Origin: Hypanus sabinus
Taxonomy: Eukaryota
DNA: 64,000 nt
NCBI RefSeq assembly: GCF_030144855.1
Contig: NC_082714.1
Location: 148,614,001-148,678,000 of the forward strand
Reading direction: 5' to 3'
Positions 1-13,700 of the stretch are shown in pieces. The notes beneath the pieces are model-generated. The model saw nothing but the letters and a program-made list of their open reading frames with translations, was not told the origin of the DNA and made no database searches. How positions within the stretch are numbered: position 1 is the stretch's first letter; each line of letters begins with the position of its first letter. Made by a program: the position numbers and the translations under genes.

Positions 1-1320
1 GAAAGAATAATGGCGTGACAGCAATTCTTTGATGAGAAATAAAATAGCTATCCGAGCAAAATTGCACTGCACACGGAGAAAACCTGGGATTAGACAATGC
101 ATGGATAAAAGTATCAATTGTGTAGGATATAGAAACACTGGTATGAACATGCTATGTTCAGCAGATTGTTGGTTTAAAAAAGGAAAGCTATAAGAATTAG
201 CTAATGTCACAGAATGCGATGTTGTTGTTTAGACCACTAACCAACGTAAGATAGCTGTGAAGACATTTTGCTGCTACTCCTTTGATGAGGAATTGCAAGG
301 TTTTGTTTCAGTATTGCAAAGAGCAAGTTATGAATGTAACAATCCAATTAGCAGTCTGAAGATTTTGACCAATTCACAATATCGAGTAGCATAAACAGTC
401 CTTAATGATGTTTTAGAAGAGCTGGCATCTCTTTGTAAATTCCTTCAGAAAAGTTGTTTGAGTACATTTGGAGCACTGCAGTATGCAGAAGCAAAAATTA
501 ACAAGTCACGGTCACAGTATCTTGGCGATATTGTTTATTGGAATGACAAAGTGAAAGATCTGCTTGCAACTATAAGTTCTGACACTCCTATTTTTCAATT
601 CATTCAATGTGTGTGTAATAACTTGGGTAACCAATTTCCTGACAATGAGTTATGAGAATGGCAATACTTTAACCCTGTGGCTATGGCAAATGTAACAAAT
701 TTTGAATTTGGAAAAGAAAATGAATGATTGACAAAAATATACGATGAAAGCATTGCCTCAAAAATATCACAGCAATACTGTGATTTCAAATTTGTCATTT
801 CTGCAAAAGTCAGGGCTGGTTCAATTAAGACATTCCCTGATATGTTGAACTATGAGCTTAGAAACGAACAATTTGAAAAACTGTCAAATCTTGTTGACAT
901 TGGAACATTTCAAACTTGTAGTCCTCCTGACTGCAAACATGGATTCAATGTTATGAATTTAATCAAATGTAAATCTAGTAAAAGACTAGAAGTGGAACAT
1001 TTGTATGATCTAATGAGGATGAAGATCTATCTTTCATCTGGATGCAAAATTAATCTGGACAACGTTTAAAGACAGATGAGAAAAAGTTTATGAAATGTGA
1101 AAGATTTTCTTAGTTACCCTGTATTTCATTATACCCTTCTATTAATAAATAAAATCAAAGGTATGAGATTTTTTTCCCTTTTCATTCAGAATACTCATTG
1201 TAAGCATATTACAAAAAAAAACTCTTTATGTGCTGCGTAGTTTTTGGGGCCGTGTAAAAATTTCCTGCTCAGAGCAACGATTGGTCTGCGTGGCTGTAAA
1301 AAAAAATGGAGTAAACTTTG
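1..1320 (+). mobile_element. Degenerate hAT-superfamily DNA transposon, 3' part (ZNF862-like transposase remnant)
   Basis: Broken ORFs 458-655 and 728-1069. The C-terminal peptide DCKHGFNVMNLIKCKSSKRLEVEHLYDLMRMK matches the hAT dimerisation-domain pattern CERGFSxMNxIKxKxRNRL. AATAAA at ~1145; multiple stops and frameshifts. Confidence 0.7.
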
Positions 1321-2087
1321 GCTCTGATCAACAAATATGAACTTTCTCCTGATCCTGCTCCCAAAATTCCCCTTCTCTCTCTCGATGACCCTTAATGCTT
1401 GAATGCCCCTTGTTTCCATTCTTACTGGCTCTTTGTTCACTGAATTAGCTATACTGTACTATTAATTCCTAAATAAGCAGTACCATAAACATGATGGGAC
1501 AACAAAACTAAACTATCTCACAAACTACACAAATATGCAACATTAATTGACTACCAATTAGGTTAATCAATCGTGGATACTACTGAAAGCCCCATACCAC
1601 CTCTCCTCATGTCCCCATTTTTCTAAACCAATGAAACCAGTATCTGCAGTCTTCTTTCAAATGATCTGAGAAAAGCCAGTATAAAACTGGGAACATTTTG
1701 ATTAATTAGTATTACATTGTACCCACTGAGCCAAACACTAGACATGATTGTAACTATTTCATTTATACATCAGAAGATTTAAATGCAAAAGTAGTGCAAC
1801 AAAGTTGCATTAAATTCCAGAAAGATAAATTAAGCTATGTTTGAGTGTTTATATCTAGTATCAAGATTGGTATCACTTTGGGTTCAATCACTAAACGAGT
1901 TCAAATCATCTAGTAAATGTATATTTTGCTATTCTCCAATGTAAAAATATTTTTATTTCTGAAAGCTTCTTTGTTTCCATTTGTTTGTTGTAGTTTTCTA
2001 ATAAGAATATACAGTTGTGGAATGTTTTGAAAAAGAAGTCTTGAAAATCAAGTTCTCACTGATGGCATTATTTAATGTGATACTTGT

Positions 2088-5000
2088 CATAAGAACATAA
2101 GAAATAGGAGCAGGAGTAGGCCATCTGGTCTGTCGAGGCTGCCCCATCATTCAATAAGATCACGGCTGATCTGGTCATGGACTCATCTCCACCTACCTAA
2201 CTTTTCCCCAAAACCTTTAATTCCCCTACTATGCAAAAATCTATCCAACCTTCTCCCAAAAACCTTCTCCCAACCTTCTCCCATAAAAAGTAGTCTCCAC
2301 CACTTCTTTGGGCAGAGAATTCCACGGATTCACCACTCTCTGGGAAAAGCAGTTCCTCCTCATCTCTGTCCTAAATCTACTCCCCCGAATCTTGAGGCTA
2401 TGTCCCAGTTCTAGTCTCATTTTCTTGCCTCTATCTTATGTACCCCTTTCATAATTTTATATGTTTCTGTAAGACCTCCTCTCATTCTTCTTAATTCCAG
2501 CAAGTACCATCCCAGGCAACTCAATCTCTCCTCATTGTCTAACCCCCCTCATCTCTGGAATCAACCTGATCAACCCTTCTGCCTGCACCGCCTCCAAAGC
2601 CAGAATATCCATCCTCAAGTAAGGAGACCAGAACTGCACACAGTTCTCCAGCTGCAGCCTCACCCATACAGCTGCAGCATAACCTCCCTACTCTTAAATT
2701 CAATCCCTCTAGCAATAAAGGACAAAATTCCATTTGCCTTCTTGATAGCCTGCTGCACCTGCAAACCAACCTTTTGCGATTCATGCATAAGCACTCCCAG
2801 GTCCCTCTGCACAGCAGCATGCTACAATTTTTTACTATTTAAATACTAATCTGCTCTTTCATTTTTCCTTCCAAAGTGAATGACCTCAAATTTACCAAAT
2901 AGTACTCCATCTGCCAGATCCTTGCCCACTCACTTATCTATATCTCTCTGAAGACTTTCCGTATCTTCTGCACAATTTGCTTTTCCACTCAATTTAGTAT
3001 CATCAGCAAACTTAGATACACTACACTTGGTCCCCTCTTCCAGATCGTTAATGCATATCAAGAACGGTTCTGGGCCAGCAATGACCTCTGCGACACACGG
3101 CTCACCACTGATTGCCAACTAGAGTAACAGCCAAGTATCCCAACTCACTACTTTCTATTAGTTAGCCAACCCTCTATCCATGCTAAATATACCACCCCCA
3201 ACTCTATGCATCCTTACCTTTTATGCTGTACCTTATTAAATGCCTTCTGGAAATCCAAGTAAATAACGTCCATCTGTTCCCCTCTATCCACTGCACTCAA
3301 TATATCCTCAAAGAACTCCAGTAAGTTTGTCAAAAAGGACCTGCCTTAGCTGAATCCATGCTGCGTCTGCCTGATGGATCAATTTCTTTCTGGATACTTT
3401 GCTATTTCTTCTTTAATGATAACTTCAACCATTTTCCCAACTGAAGATGTTAACCTAACTGGCCCATAGTAACCTGCCTTTTGCCTACATCCTTTTTTGA
3501 ACAGTGGAGTGACGTTCGCTGTCTTCCAATCCACCAGGACCTGTCCAGAGAATTTTAGTAAATCATCACCGAAGTCTCTACTATAACTTCTGCCATTGCT
3601 TTCAGTATCCTGGGATGTGTTCCATCAGGACCAGTAGACTTATCTATCTTCAGGCCCTCAAGTTTGCTCAGCACTATCTCTTTAGTGATAGCTATTATAA
3701 CAAGGTCCTTACCTCCAATGAAATCCATGTTAGATGTGTCCTCCACCATAAAGACCGACACAAAATATTAATTCAAAGCCTTGGCCATTTCGTTATTACC
3801 CAATATCAATTCCCCCTTCTTGTCCTCCAAGGGACCTACATTCACTTTAGCCACTCTTTTCCGCATTATATAATTATAAATCTTTTACTATCTATTTTTA
3901 TATTTTGTGCTAGTTTATTTTCATAATCTAGATTCCCTTTCTTTACTGCTCGCTTAGTGGTATTTCAATACTTTTTAAAGTTTTCCCAATCTTCCAGTTT
4001 CCCACTACTCTTGGTGCCTTTGTATGCACAGACTTTAAGCTTGATGCTTTCTTTTATTTCCTTAGTTATCCAAGGCTGGCTCTCCCCACCCTTACTATCC
4101 TTGCTTTTAACTGGAATATAATTTTGTTGAGCACCATAAAAAAACTTCAGTCTTCACTGTTCCTCAACTGTCCCACCCTATAGCCTGTGTTCCCAGTCTA
4201 CACTAGCCGAATCCTCACTCATCCCATTGTAGTCTCCATTGTTTAGGCATAATACACTGGTTTTCAATCAAAATATTGCACCCTCCATTTGTTTGAGAAA
4301 TTCAATCATACTGTGATCACTCTTTCCAAGAGGATTCCTAATTACAAGATCACTAATTTTGCCTGCTTCTTTGCACAGGATTAGATCTAAGATAACATGT
4401 TCCCTCGTAGGTTCAGTAACATGCTGTTCAAAAAAACCATCACGGATGCATTCCATGAAGTCCACCTCAAGACTGCCTCAACCAACTTGATTCACCCAAT
4501 CTATGTTCAACTTAAAGTTCCCCACAATAACTGCTGTTCCATTCTTACATGCCTCAGATATTTCTCTGTTTATTGCCTGTGCCATTGTAATATTTTTATT
4601 CAGTGGCCAATAGACAATTCCCAACAGTGATTCTTTTTCCCTTTACTATTCCTAATCTCTACCCAGATGGATTCAGCATTCTGCTCCTTAGATCTTACAT
4701 TGTCTCTCACTATTGTCCTGATCTTATCCTTAATTAAAAGCACTACCCCTCCTCCCTTACCTTCCTGCCTATCCTTCCATATTATCTGATATCTTTGGAT
4801 ATCTAAATTCCCAATCCACTCCATTCTGCAACCACGTCTCTTCAATGGTCACTAAATCATACCTTTTTGTACTTGACCTTGTTTTGAATATTATGGGCTT
4901 TCAAATAAAGTGCCCTTACACTCATTGTGCTTTTAAAATCTTGTAATCTTTTACTCCTTTGCACTTGACTTTTCCTCACTCCACTCTTACTTTTCTCTTT

Positions 5001-6030
5001 TTTTTAATCTTTTTTTCTTTATTTTTTACCCACACTTTTCTTCCTTACTTTATCCATACTTCTCCAATCTGTTGAACCTACCCCCTTACCATTTAGTTTA
5101 AAGCCCTATCCACAGCCCTAGTTATGCAATTCACTAAGATCCAGGTCCCATTATAGTTCAGGTGGAGCCCGTCCCATTGATACAGCTCCCTCCTTCCCCA
5201 ATACTAGTGCCAATTTCCCATGAATTCAAACCCACTTCTCCCACACTAATCCTTGAGCCACGCATTTATCTCTCTAATCTTCTTGACCCCATGCCAATTT
5301 GCAGGTTGCTCGGGTAGTAATCCAGATTACTACCTTTTTTGATTCTGCTTTTTAATTTAGTCCCTGGCTGCTCAAACTCCCTCAGCAGAACCTCTTTCCT
5401 CATTCTACCTATGTCTTTGGTACCCACATGGACCACAACAAGTGGATCTTTCCCCTCCCACTGCAAATCCTCTGCAGGTCAAATAAGATGTCCCCAACCC
5501 AGGCACCAGGCAGGCAACACAGCCTTCGGAACACACTATCCTCATGACAGAGGACTCTGTCTATTCCCCTGACTTTTCTACCCCAATTACCACTACATTC
5601 CTCTTCTATCCCGCCTTCTGAAATGGCTCCCAGAACTATAGTACTACAGTTAGGTTACTCATCCTTCCTACAGCCCCCACTCTCATCCACCCAGGGAGCA
5701 AGAATCTCAGACCTGTTGGACAAGCTCAAGGGCTGAGGCTCCTCCAGCACTGTCTCCTGGATCCCACTATCTGCCTCACTTGCAGTTACAACCTATTGTC
5801 TCTGACCACAGACTGAATTTGAGGCAGCTAATCTAATGGATCTGTCTACCTCCTGAAACAGAGAATCCAGGTAACTCTCTCCCTCCCTGATGTGCCGCAG
5901 TGTTTGAAGCTCAGATTCCAGGTCAGCAACTTTGAGCCTGAGTTCCTCGAGCAGCCAACACTTGCTGTAGATGTGGTCACCAGGAAATACAAAGACTCCA
6001 AGTTCCCACTCCTACACTGGTCCACACACA
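2088..6030 (-). mobile_element. CR1-clade LINE, long degenerate copy (ORF1 esterase + ORF2 APE/RT)
   Basis: Minus-strand fragments: ORF1 SGNH/GDSL-like WEGKDPLVVVHVGTKDIGR (5266-5466); APE DRQEGKGGGVVLLIKD (4600-4845) and EPTREHVILDLIL...SDH (4268-4465); RT INDLEEGTKCSVSKFADDTKL (2930-3118). Typical CR1 3' tail (cataagaacataagaaataggagcagg) at 2088. Confidence 0.9.
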
Positions 6031-6499
6031 TAATGGCCACTCTGCTTTGACTCTGCTTTACCTTTATTTGCTCTTGTTAATGAATCGCAAATCAGCTGGT
6101 CTGCTGCTAATGTGCTGAGCCCCATGAAACACTTGTTTTTTTAAACTCTTCTCCCCGACCTGTGTGAAGCTATCTTTCTCTTTGAATCAATTGGTGCATC
6201 ACTAATATTTGTCATTTTTGACACCTTCTTCAAGTAAAACAGCTAATGTAGAACTCCTGCTACTTTCTCTTCAACAATGTGCTTAAATAATAACCTAATT
6301 CAAGCTCCCTTGCTTCATTACTCATGAATGGTAAAGTTGGGATGACTGAAGACTGTGCCATTGTAGAGGAAGCAGGGAAGAGTGTGACCTATTCTGCCTT
6401 TCAAACCTACCTCACAAGCTATCCAATGGGAAAGTTACCAATTCAATGCAAATGTATACAATTTGAGTAATCGGCATAAACAAGTTGTGTTCTCTGCAG

Positions 6500-6770
6500 A
6501 GACAGATAGTATTGCAAGGGGAAAGTTTTTTTTACTCATAGAGAGTGTGGGTGCCTGGTATGTGCTGCCTGGGGTAGTGGTCGAGGCAGATACATTAGGG
6601 ACTTTTAAGAAACATTTAGATACACACATATGTGAGGAAAATGGAATAATATGGACATTGTGTAGGCAAAGAGATTAGTTTAGATTGCCATTTGATTACT
6701 AATTTAATTGGTTCAACACAACATTAAGGGCTGTAATGTAATGTACTGGTCTATGCACTCTGTTGTATGT
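6500..6770 (+). mobile_element. CR1 3'-end fragment
   Basis: Peptide VGAWYVLPGVVVEADTLGTFKKHLDTH is the CR1 ORF2 C-terminus (consensus WNxLPxxVVEA...FKxxLD), followed by 3'UTR. Confidence 0.7.
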
Positions 6771-6869
6771 TCCCTACCTATTGCAAAAGTCAATCAATCC
6801 CATTTTATTTTAGAGTACCAGAGGTCATTGAAGTGAAAGACCATCATCTATCAAGCTCACTTTTTCAAC

Positions 6870-6948
6870 CAGGGGTTCCCAACCTTCTTTATGTCATGGA
6901 TCCCTACCATTAACTGAGAGATTGGTGGACCCCAGTTGGGAACCCCTG
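6870..6948. mobile_element. 79-bp hAT-type MITE
   Basis: Perfect 14-bp terminal inverted repeats CAGGGGTTCCCAAC (6870-6883) / GTTGGGAACCCCTG (6935-6948). No intact 8-bp TSD. Confidence 0.8.
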
Positions 6949-7474
6949 CATTAGAACTATCTCTTGATCTTCAACCTTTCACATCCCCAATGCTCATTGA
7001 CAATTTTTTTCCCAATTTATTTTCCTTTTAAACCAAGTATCAGTTTTTTGGAAAAAAACACATTTTCCATTCTCTTCAAATAACAATTTCTAAATCACAG
7101 ATCTGATCTTGTATTTGCATATTCACCCCTACAATTTTGTTTGAGTTTCTGTGCATGAAAGATTGAGATCCTACCCTCACCACCTGCCCCACAGCCTCCT
7201 GACTTACATAAATTCTCAGTAATCTAAATGCCATAGTTCTCTTCAACACAAAACTTTGTCTAGATTGTTAAATCTATAATGTTGATCTTACCCAATTCAG
7301 CCTCATTCTAGTTTTCCACTGTTATCCTCCCCAAGAGAACTCTCCTGGGTTTGAAATGCAGTATACTTCATACACTTCCCTGTTCCCTCTACAAAACCAC
7401 AATCTTCAGTTGTCTCAGCTTTATTTTTACAATTCCTTTGTCAATTAATACTATCTTGCTAAAATCAGAACACA

Positions 7475-8090
7475 TTCATGAGCCATAGAGTCCTACAGGA
7501 CAGAAACAGGCCCTTTGGCTCATCTAGTCAGTGCCAAGCTTTATTATGCCTGGTTCCATCAACCTGTACTTGGACAACAGCCCTCCGCTCCTCCCCCCTC
7601 CCGTGTCAATGTACTGATCCAAACTTCGCTTTAATGTTGAAAGCAAACCGGCATCCACCACTTCCTCTGGCAGCTCATTCCACATTTGCACTACCTTCTT
7701 CATGAAGAATTCCCCTTCAGGTTCCCCACCCTTCACCCTTAATCTATGATTTTTAGCTCCAATCACACCCATCCTCAGTGGAAAAAGTCTGCCTGCATTG
7801 ACCCTATCTGTACTTCTCATAATTTAGGATACAGATATCCCCTGCTTTACGAATGTTCCCTTTACACCACTTCGCTTTTACAAAGAACCAACATTAGTAA
7901 CCTGTTTTCACATTACAAAGAGGATTTTTGCTTTTATGAAAATTTTTCCCTTATAATTTTTTTTTGCTTTATGCCATTTCAGCTTAAGAAAGGTTTCATT
8001 GTCTACCTTTGTAAAGGGGGGGGGCACCTGTACGTCTATCAAGTGTCCCCTTATTCTCCTACACTCCAGAGAATAAAGTTCTTCATTATT
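7475..8090 (-). mobile_element. CR1 3'-end fragment interrupted by a MITE
   Basis: Minus ORFs LYSLECRRIRGHLIDV (to ~8032) and DRVNAGRLFPL...WNELPEEVVDAG (7524-7820) are contiguous CR1 ORF2 C-terminal sequence once 7832-8030 is removed. Confidence 0.75.
7832..8030. mobile_element. Tc1/mariner-superfamily (Tigger/pogo-like) MITE, 199 bp
   Basis: Flanked by TA on both sides (7830-7831, 8031-8032). Imperfect TIRs CAGATATCCCCTGCTTTACGAA / TTTGTAAAGGGGGGGGGCACCTG. Nested in a CR1 fragment. Confidence 0.75.
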
Positions 8091-8459
8091 TAATTTCTGA
8101 ATGGACAATGAAAGACTACCACACTAACATTCCCCTCTCTTTTTGCATACTTATTTAATTACATTTTTATACAGATTGTAATATATAGTTAAAAAAAATT
8201 ATTATGTATTGCAACGTACTATTTCCACAAAACAACAAATTTCTCATCATATGCCAGTGATATTAAACAGATTCTGATTCTGGTTCCGCTGTGCATCTCT
8301 TGAAGTTTGTCAAGGTTTTTGGCAACATGCTGGATCTATTCAAACTTCTAAGAAAGTAGAGGTGCTGTTCTGCCTTCTTTGTGAAGACACAAATCAGTGC
8401 TGCTCCCAGGACTTATTTTCTGATAAGACTGCAAGAGTACAGAAAATTTTTTCAAGGAT

Positions 8460-8556
8460 GTTGCTGGAAACTTGAGGTCCTGCTGAAGGGTCTCAGTCCA
8501 AAACACTTACTGTACTCTTTTCCATAGATGCTTCCTGGCCTGCCGAGTTCATTCAG

Positions 8557-8606
<50 letters not shown>

Positions 8607-8660
8607 GTGTTTGTGTGTGTGTGTTGTGGGTTTCCAGCATCTGCAGATTTTCTCTTGTTT
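8460..8660 (+). mobile_element. Penelope-like terminal repeat with degenerate hammerhead motif and (TG)n/(TA)n microsatellite tail
   Basis: CTGCTGAAGGGTCTCAGTCCAAAAC at 8480, followed by ATAGATGCTTCCTGGCCTGCCGAGTTC shared with other copies; (TG)n 8562-8623. Confidence 0.7.
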
Positions 8661-9447
8661 GTCAATGGAGGTGAAGAATCTGTTTCCGAAACATTGAATG
8701 TGTGACTTCAGGCTTCTGTACCTCCTCCTTGATTGTAGCAAGGAGGAGAGGGCATGTCTTAGGTGATGGGAGTTCTTAATGATGCATGCCATCTTTTTGA
8801 ATCATTGCCTTTTGAAGACGTCCTTGATGCTGGTGAGGCTAGTGCCTATGATGGAGCTAGCTGAGTTTACAGTTTTCTACTGCTTTTTCTGATTCTGAGC
8901 AGTGGCCCCTCCATACAAGATGGTGATGCAACCAGTTTCAATACTCTCCATGGGACGTCTGTAGAAATTTGATTGAGTCTTTGGTGACATACCAAATCCC
9001 CTCAAACTCCTAATGCAATGTAGCCACTATTGTGCTTCTTTGTAATTGCATCGATATGTTGGGCCCACAATAGATCTTCAGAGATATGACATGACCCCTC
9101 AAAGATGACTGATGCGTGTTCTTTCAAGTTTCCCTTCCTGAAGTCCAGTCAATTCCTTGGTCTTACTTACAATGAGTGCAAGGTTGTTGTTGCAACATCA
9201 CTCAACCAGCAGAGAATATGCAATGGCTACTCTATTGGAGAAGATCCTAACTGGTTGCATCATGGCCTGGAATGGAAACACCGTGTCCAGGAACAGAACA
9301 GGCTACAGAAAATGGTGGACACAGCCCAATCCATTACAAGCACAGCTCTCCACACCATTGAGTACATTTACATGAAGCACTGCCACAAGAAAGCAACATC
9401 CATCAGCAAAGCCCCCACCATCCGGGACATGCTCTTCTTAATACTAT

Positions 9448-9662
9448 TGTGGCGACCCATTTCCTGGCACATCCGAACCGGCTCACAATTAGATAGCCTA
9501 CGGGGGTTTGCGAGCACAGAGCTTTGGAGCCTCTGCGCCACGGGGGGGCAGGTTGAGGGAGGCTTAAAAGTGAGGCTGAAGATTTCGAATAAAGTTTTTC
9601 CTTCGACTGCAGTTACCGACTCCGTGTCGTAATTTTAGCGCTGCATGTAGCACACCGCTACA
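9448..9662 (+). mobile_element. Solo LTR (215 bp), probably Gypsy-type
   Basis: TG...CA ends with short TIR TGTGGCG/CGCTACA. 4-bp TSD CTAT (9444-9447, 9663-9666). TATA-like CTTAAAAG and AATAAA (~9588). CpG-rich; inserted in a Rex-like LINE fragment. Confidence 0.85.
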
Positions 9663-10527
9663 CTATCATAATTACAGAAGCCTTGGGTCCCACACCACCA
9701 GGTTCAGGATCAGTTATTAAATGTTGTTAAAATTATTTAACTGATAATTACATATTATATTTTTATATAACAGGGAAATTAAATGTATGAGGAAAAGACA
9801 GGTAGGTGGATCTGAGCTCACAGCTAGAACTGCCATGATCTTATTGAATGGCAGAGCAAGCTCAACAGGGCAAATAGCTGACTCATGCTGCTGTTTCTTA
9901 TTTTCTTTATGTAGGTAAGTTAATTAAGTAAATAGCCAGGGGTGTAGTATAGATGCAGGCTACTACTACCTGTGGACTTGAAACATCAGAACAACTTGCA
10001 GACTGAAGGAGCTAGGCACTGGCACATTGAGGATGGGATCTCGGTGCCCTTTTGGGGCACCCAAAGCTTAGGGCCACATGTAGGAATTACTTTACTTGAG
10101 TATCAATCTGGCAATGCAGCATTAAAAGTTGGCTTTGCTGGGAATGCTTCATGGAGCTCATTCACAGAGAGATTTATCATGTCCTGTTCCTGAAACAATG
10201 TTCTAAAAAAGTGTTACATGACAAATTAAGTAATCCTGTTTGTGGCTAACAGAAATTGCATTAAGTGCAAAAGGATGAATCACTCCAGGCAGCCCTTGGC
10301 CAACGTTCTGCAACTAAGTCTAAAGAATTTTCAGTCAAGTAATGCTAAACAAAATACTGCATGATTGCATTGCTAGCCCTGCTTTTCTTTCGGCATTCTG
10401 TTCAAGGAAGAATTAAATCCCCAAATAAACGCACAGAAATATAGAAGATTCAGCCCCACAGAGCAAAAATGATCAATACCAATGTTATTCACTAAATAAT
10501 GTGACATGGTGATTTTTAAATGTTTAC

Positions 10528-10728
10528 CTTGACTGGTTTGCATGCTCATGTTTGTCCGGGATCCATAGTTTGCCAGCGACTGACTCTGACCCTGCATCTG
10601 CATCCCTTGTGAAGAGGGCACAGAATGACTATAACCACCTGGTGTTCCATGGTTACTTACAGGCATATTCATTGAAGAACTTGGTATTGTGGTTGGTCCT
10701 GACTGTTGCACTGAAACATGAGAAGGAC
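10528..10728 (-). CDS. SS18L1: SS18L1 exon 5 (201 nt)
   Basis: cttag acceptor, GPSHVSVQQSGPTTIPSSSMNM...RTNMSMQTSQ, gtaaac donor; phase 1-1. Confidence 0.9.
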
Positions 10729-13700
10729 CTAAGAAAAGAACAGAACCACACTCAGTCACAGCAATTTGTTCCAATCACCTCTGAAATCATCCATTTCTGT
10801 GGTACATAGCTCAGTAGCCCGGACTCAATTAAAGTCTAAGCCAATGGGTAAAAGTCTTCCATATATTTCAGTTGCCTTATGATGCTAATATAACAAAAAA
10901 ACATAGGGAAGTTTACAGAGACCAAATGAGTGCTAATCAAAATCAATAAAACAAGAACAATAGCAACTCATATCTGGAATCAACCAGTCCCCTCAAAATA
11001 AAATTAAAGTGAACTGTGGCAAAACACCCTGGCTACTCCACATTATAGAAAAGTATATGGACCCAAGCCCCTTGCTAAATCTCTTAAGCTAAACTTCTAA
11101 ATTCACGTTATCCATGAATATAGCAGAAATTTGTAGTAAACACAAGGTGGTGATTGTGGGAGATTTTAATTTTCCACACGTAGACTGGGAAGCTCATTCT
11201 GTAAAATGGCTGGATGGTTTAGAGTTTGTGAAATGTGTGCAGGATAGTTTTTTGCAACAATACATAGAAGTACCGACTAGAGATGGGGCAGTGTTGGATC
11301 TCCTGTTAGGAAATGCGATAGGTCAGCTGACAGATGTATGTGTTGGGGAGCATTTCGGGTCCAGTGATCACAATAGCATTAGCTTCAATATAATTATGGA
11401 GAAGGACAGCACAGGACCTAGAGTTGAGATTTTTGATTGGAGAAAGGCTAACTTTGAGGAGATGTGAAGGGATTTAGAGAGAGTGGATTGGGTCAAGTTG
11501 TTTTATGGGAAGGATGTAATAGAGAAATGGAAGTCATTTAAGGGTGAAATTATGAGGGTACAGAATCTTTATGTTCCTGTTAGGTTGAAAGGAAAGGTTA
11601 AAGGTTTGAAAGCACCATGGTTTTCAAGGGATATTAGAAATTTGGTTCGGAAAAAGAGGGATGTCTACAATAGATATAGGCAGCATGGAGTAAAGGAATT
11701 GCTCGAGGAATATAAAGAATGTAAAAGGAATCTTAAGAAAGAGATTAGAAAAGCTAAAAGAAGATACGAGGTTGGTTTGGCAAATAAGGTGAAAGTAAAT
11801 CCGAAAGGTTTCTACAGTTATATTAAAAGCAAGAGGATAGTGAGGGATAAAATTGGCCCCTTACAGAATCAGAGTGGTCAGCTATGTGTGGAGCCGAGGG
11901 AGATGGGAGAGATTTTGAACGATTTCTTCTCTTCGGTATTCACTAAGGAGAAGGATATTGAATTGTGTAAGGTGTGGGAAATAAGTAAGGAAGTTATGGA
12001 ACCTATCACAATTAAAGAGGTGGAAGTACTGGTGCTTTTAAGAAATTTAAACGTGGATAAATCTCCAGGTCCTGACAGGATATCCCCAGGACCTTGAGGG
12101 AAGTTTGTGTAGAAATAGCAGGAGTTCTGATGGAGATCTTTAAGATGTCATTAGAAACGGGGATTGTGCCGGAGGATTGGCGTATTGCTCATGTGGTTCC
12201 ATTGTTTAAAAAGGGTTCTAAAAGTAAGCCTAGCAATTATAGACCTGTCAGTTTGACATCAGTGGTGGGTAAATTAATGGAAAGTATTCTTAGAGATAGT
12301 ATTAATAATTATCTGGATAGATAGGATCTGATTAGGAGTAGCCAGCATGGATTTGTGTGTGGAAGGTCATGTTTGACAAACGTTATTGAATTTTTTGAAG
12401 AAGTTACGAGGAATGTTGACGAGGGTAAGGCAGTGGATGTAGTCTATATGGACTTCAGCAAAGCCTTTGACAAAGTTGCACGTGGAAGGTTAGTTAAGAA
12501 GGTTCAGTCGTTAGGTATTAATGTTGGAGTAATAAAATGGATTCAACAGTGGCTAGATGGGAGATGCCAGAGAGTAGTGGTGGATAATTGTTTATTGGGA
12601 TGGAGGCCGGTGACTAGCGGGGTGCCTCAGGGATCTGCTTTGGGCCCAATGTTGTTTGTAATATACATAAATGATCTGGATGATGGGGTGGTAAATTGGA
12701 TTAGTGAGTATGCCGATGATACTAAGGTAGGAGGTGTTGTGGATAATGAGGTGGGTTTTCAAAGCTTGCAGGAAGATTTATGCCCGTTAGAAGATTGGGC
12801 TGAATGTTGGCAGATGGAGTTTAATGCTGAGAAGTGTGAGGTTCTGCATTTTGGCAGGAATAATCCAAATAGAACATACAGGGTAAATGGTAGGGCATTG
12901 AGGAATGCAGAGGAACAGAGAAATCTAGGAATAACAGTGCATAGTTCCCTGAAGGTTGAGTCTCATGTAGATAGGTTGGTGAAGAAGGCTTTTGGAACAC
13001 TGGCCTTTATAAATCAAAGCACTGAGTACAGAAGTTGGGATGTAATGTTAAAATTGTACAAGGCATTGGTAAGGCCAAATTTGGAATATTGTGTGCAGTT
13101 CTGGTCATCGAATTATAGGGAAGATATCAATAAATTAGGGAGAGTGCAGAAACAATTTACTAGGATGTTACCTGGGTTTCAGCACTTAAGTTACAGAGAA
13201 AGGTTGAACAAGTTAGGTCTCTATTCATTGGAGTGTAGAAGGCTGAGGGGGGATTTGATCGAGGTATTTAAATTCCATGTATAAAATAATGAAGGGGATA
13301 GATAGAGTTGACGTGAATAGGCTGTTTCCATTGAGAGTAGGGGAGATTCAAACGAGAGGACATGATTTGAGAGTTAGGGGGTAGAAGTTTAAGGGAAACA
13401 CGAGGGGTATTTCTTTACTCAGAGAGTGATAGCTGTGTGGAATGAACTTCCTGTAGAAGTAGTAGAGGCCAGTTCAGTTGTGTCATTTAAGGTAAAATTG
13501 GATAGGTATATGGACAGGAAAGGAGTGGAGGGTTATGGGCTGAGTGCGGGTAGGTGGGACTAGGTGAGATTAAGAGTTCGGCATGGACTAGGAGGGCCGA
13601 GATGGCCTGTTTCCATGCTGTGATTGTTATATGGTTATATGGTTTATATCTGGGAAAGAAGTGACAAATCACACAGTTAAGATCACACAGCAACAGTTCT

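Noticed and set aside
458-1069. Domesticated hAT/ZNF862-like gene
   Set aside because: Multiple stops and frameshifts; treated as a fossil transposon.
9105-9632. 175-aa ORF as a novel gene
   Set aside because: It is a chimera of Rex-like LINE fragments read through into a solo LTR; there is no gene context.
1-10500. SS18L1 exon 6 onward (QPGY-rich)
   Set aside because: No matching peptide with splice sites was found by eye; presumed outside the window.
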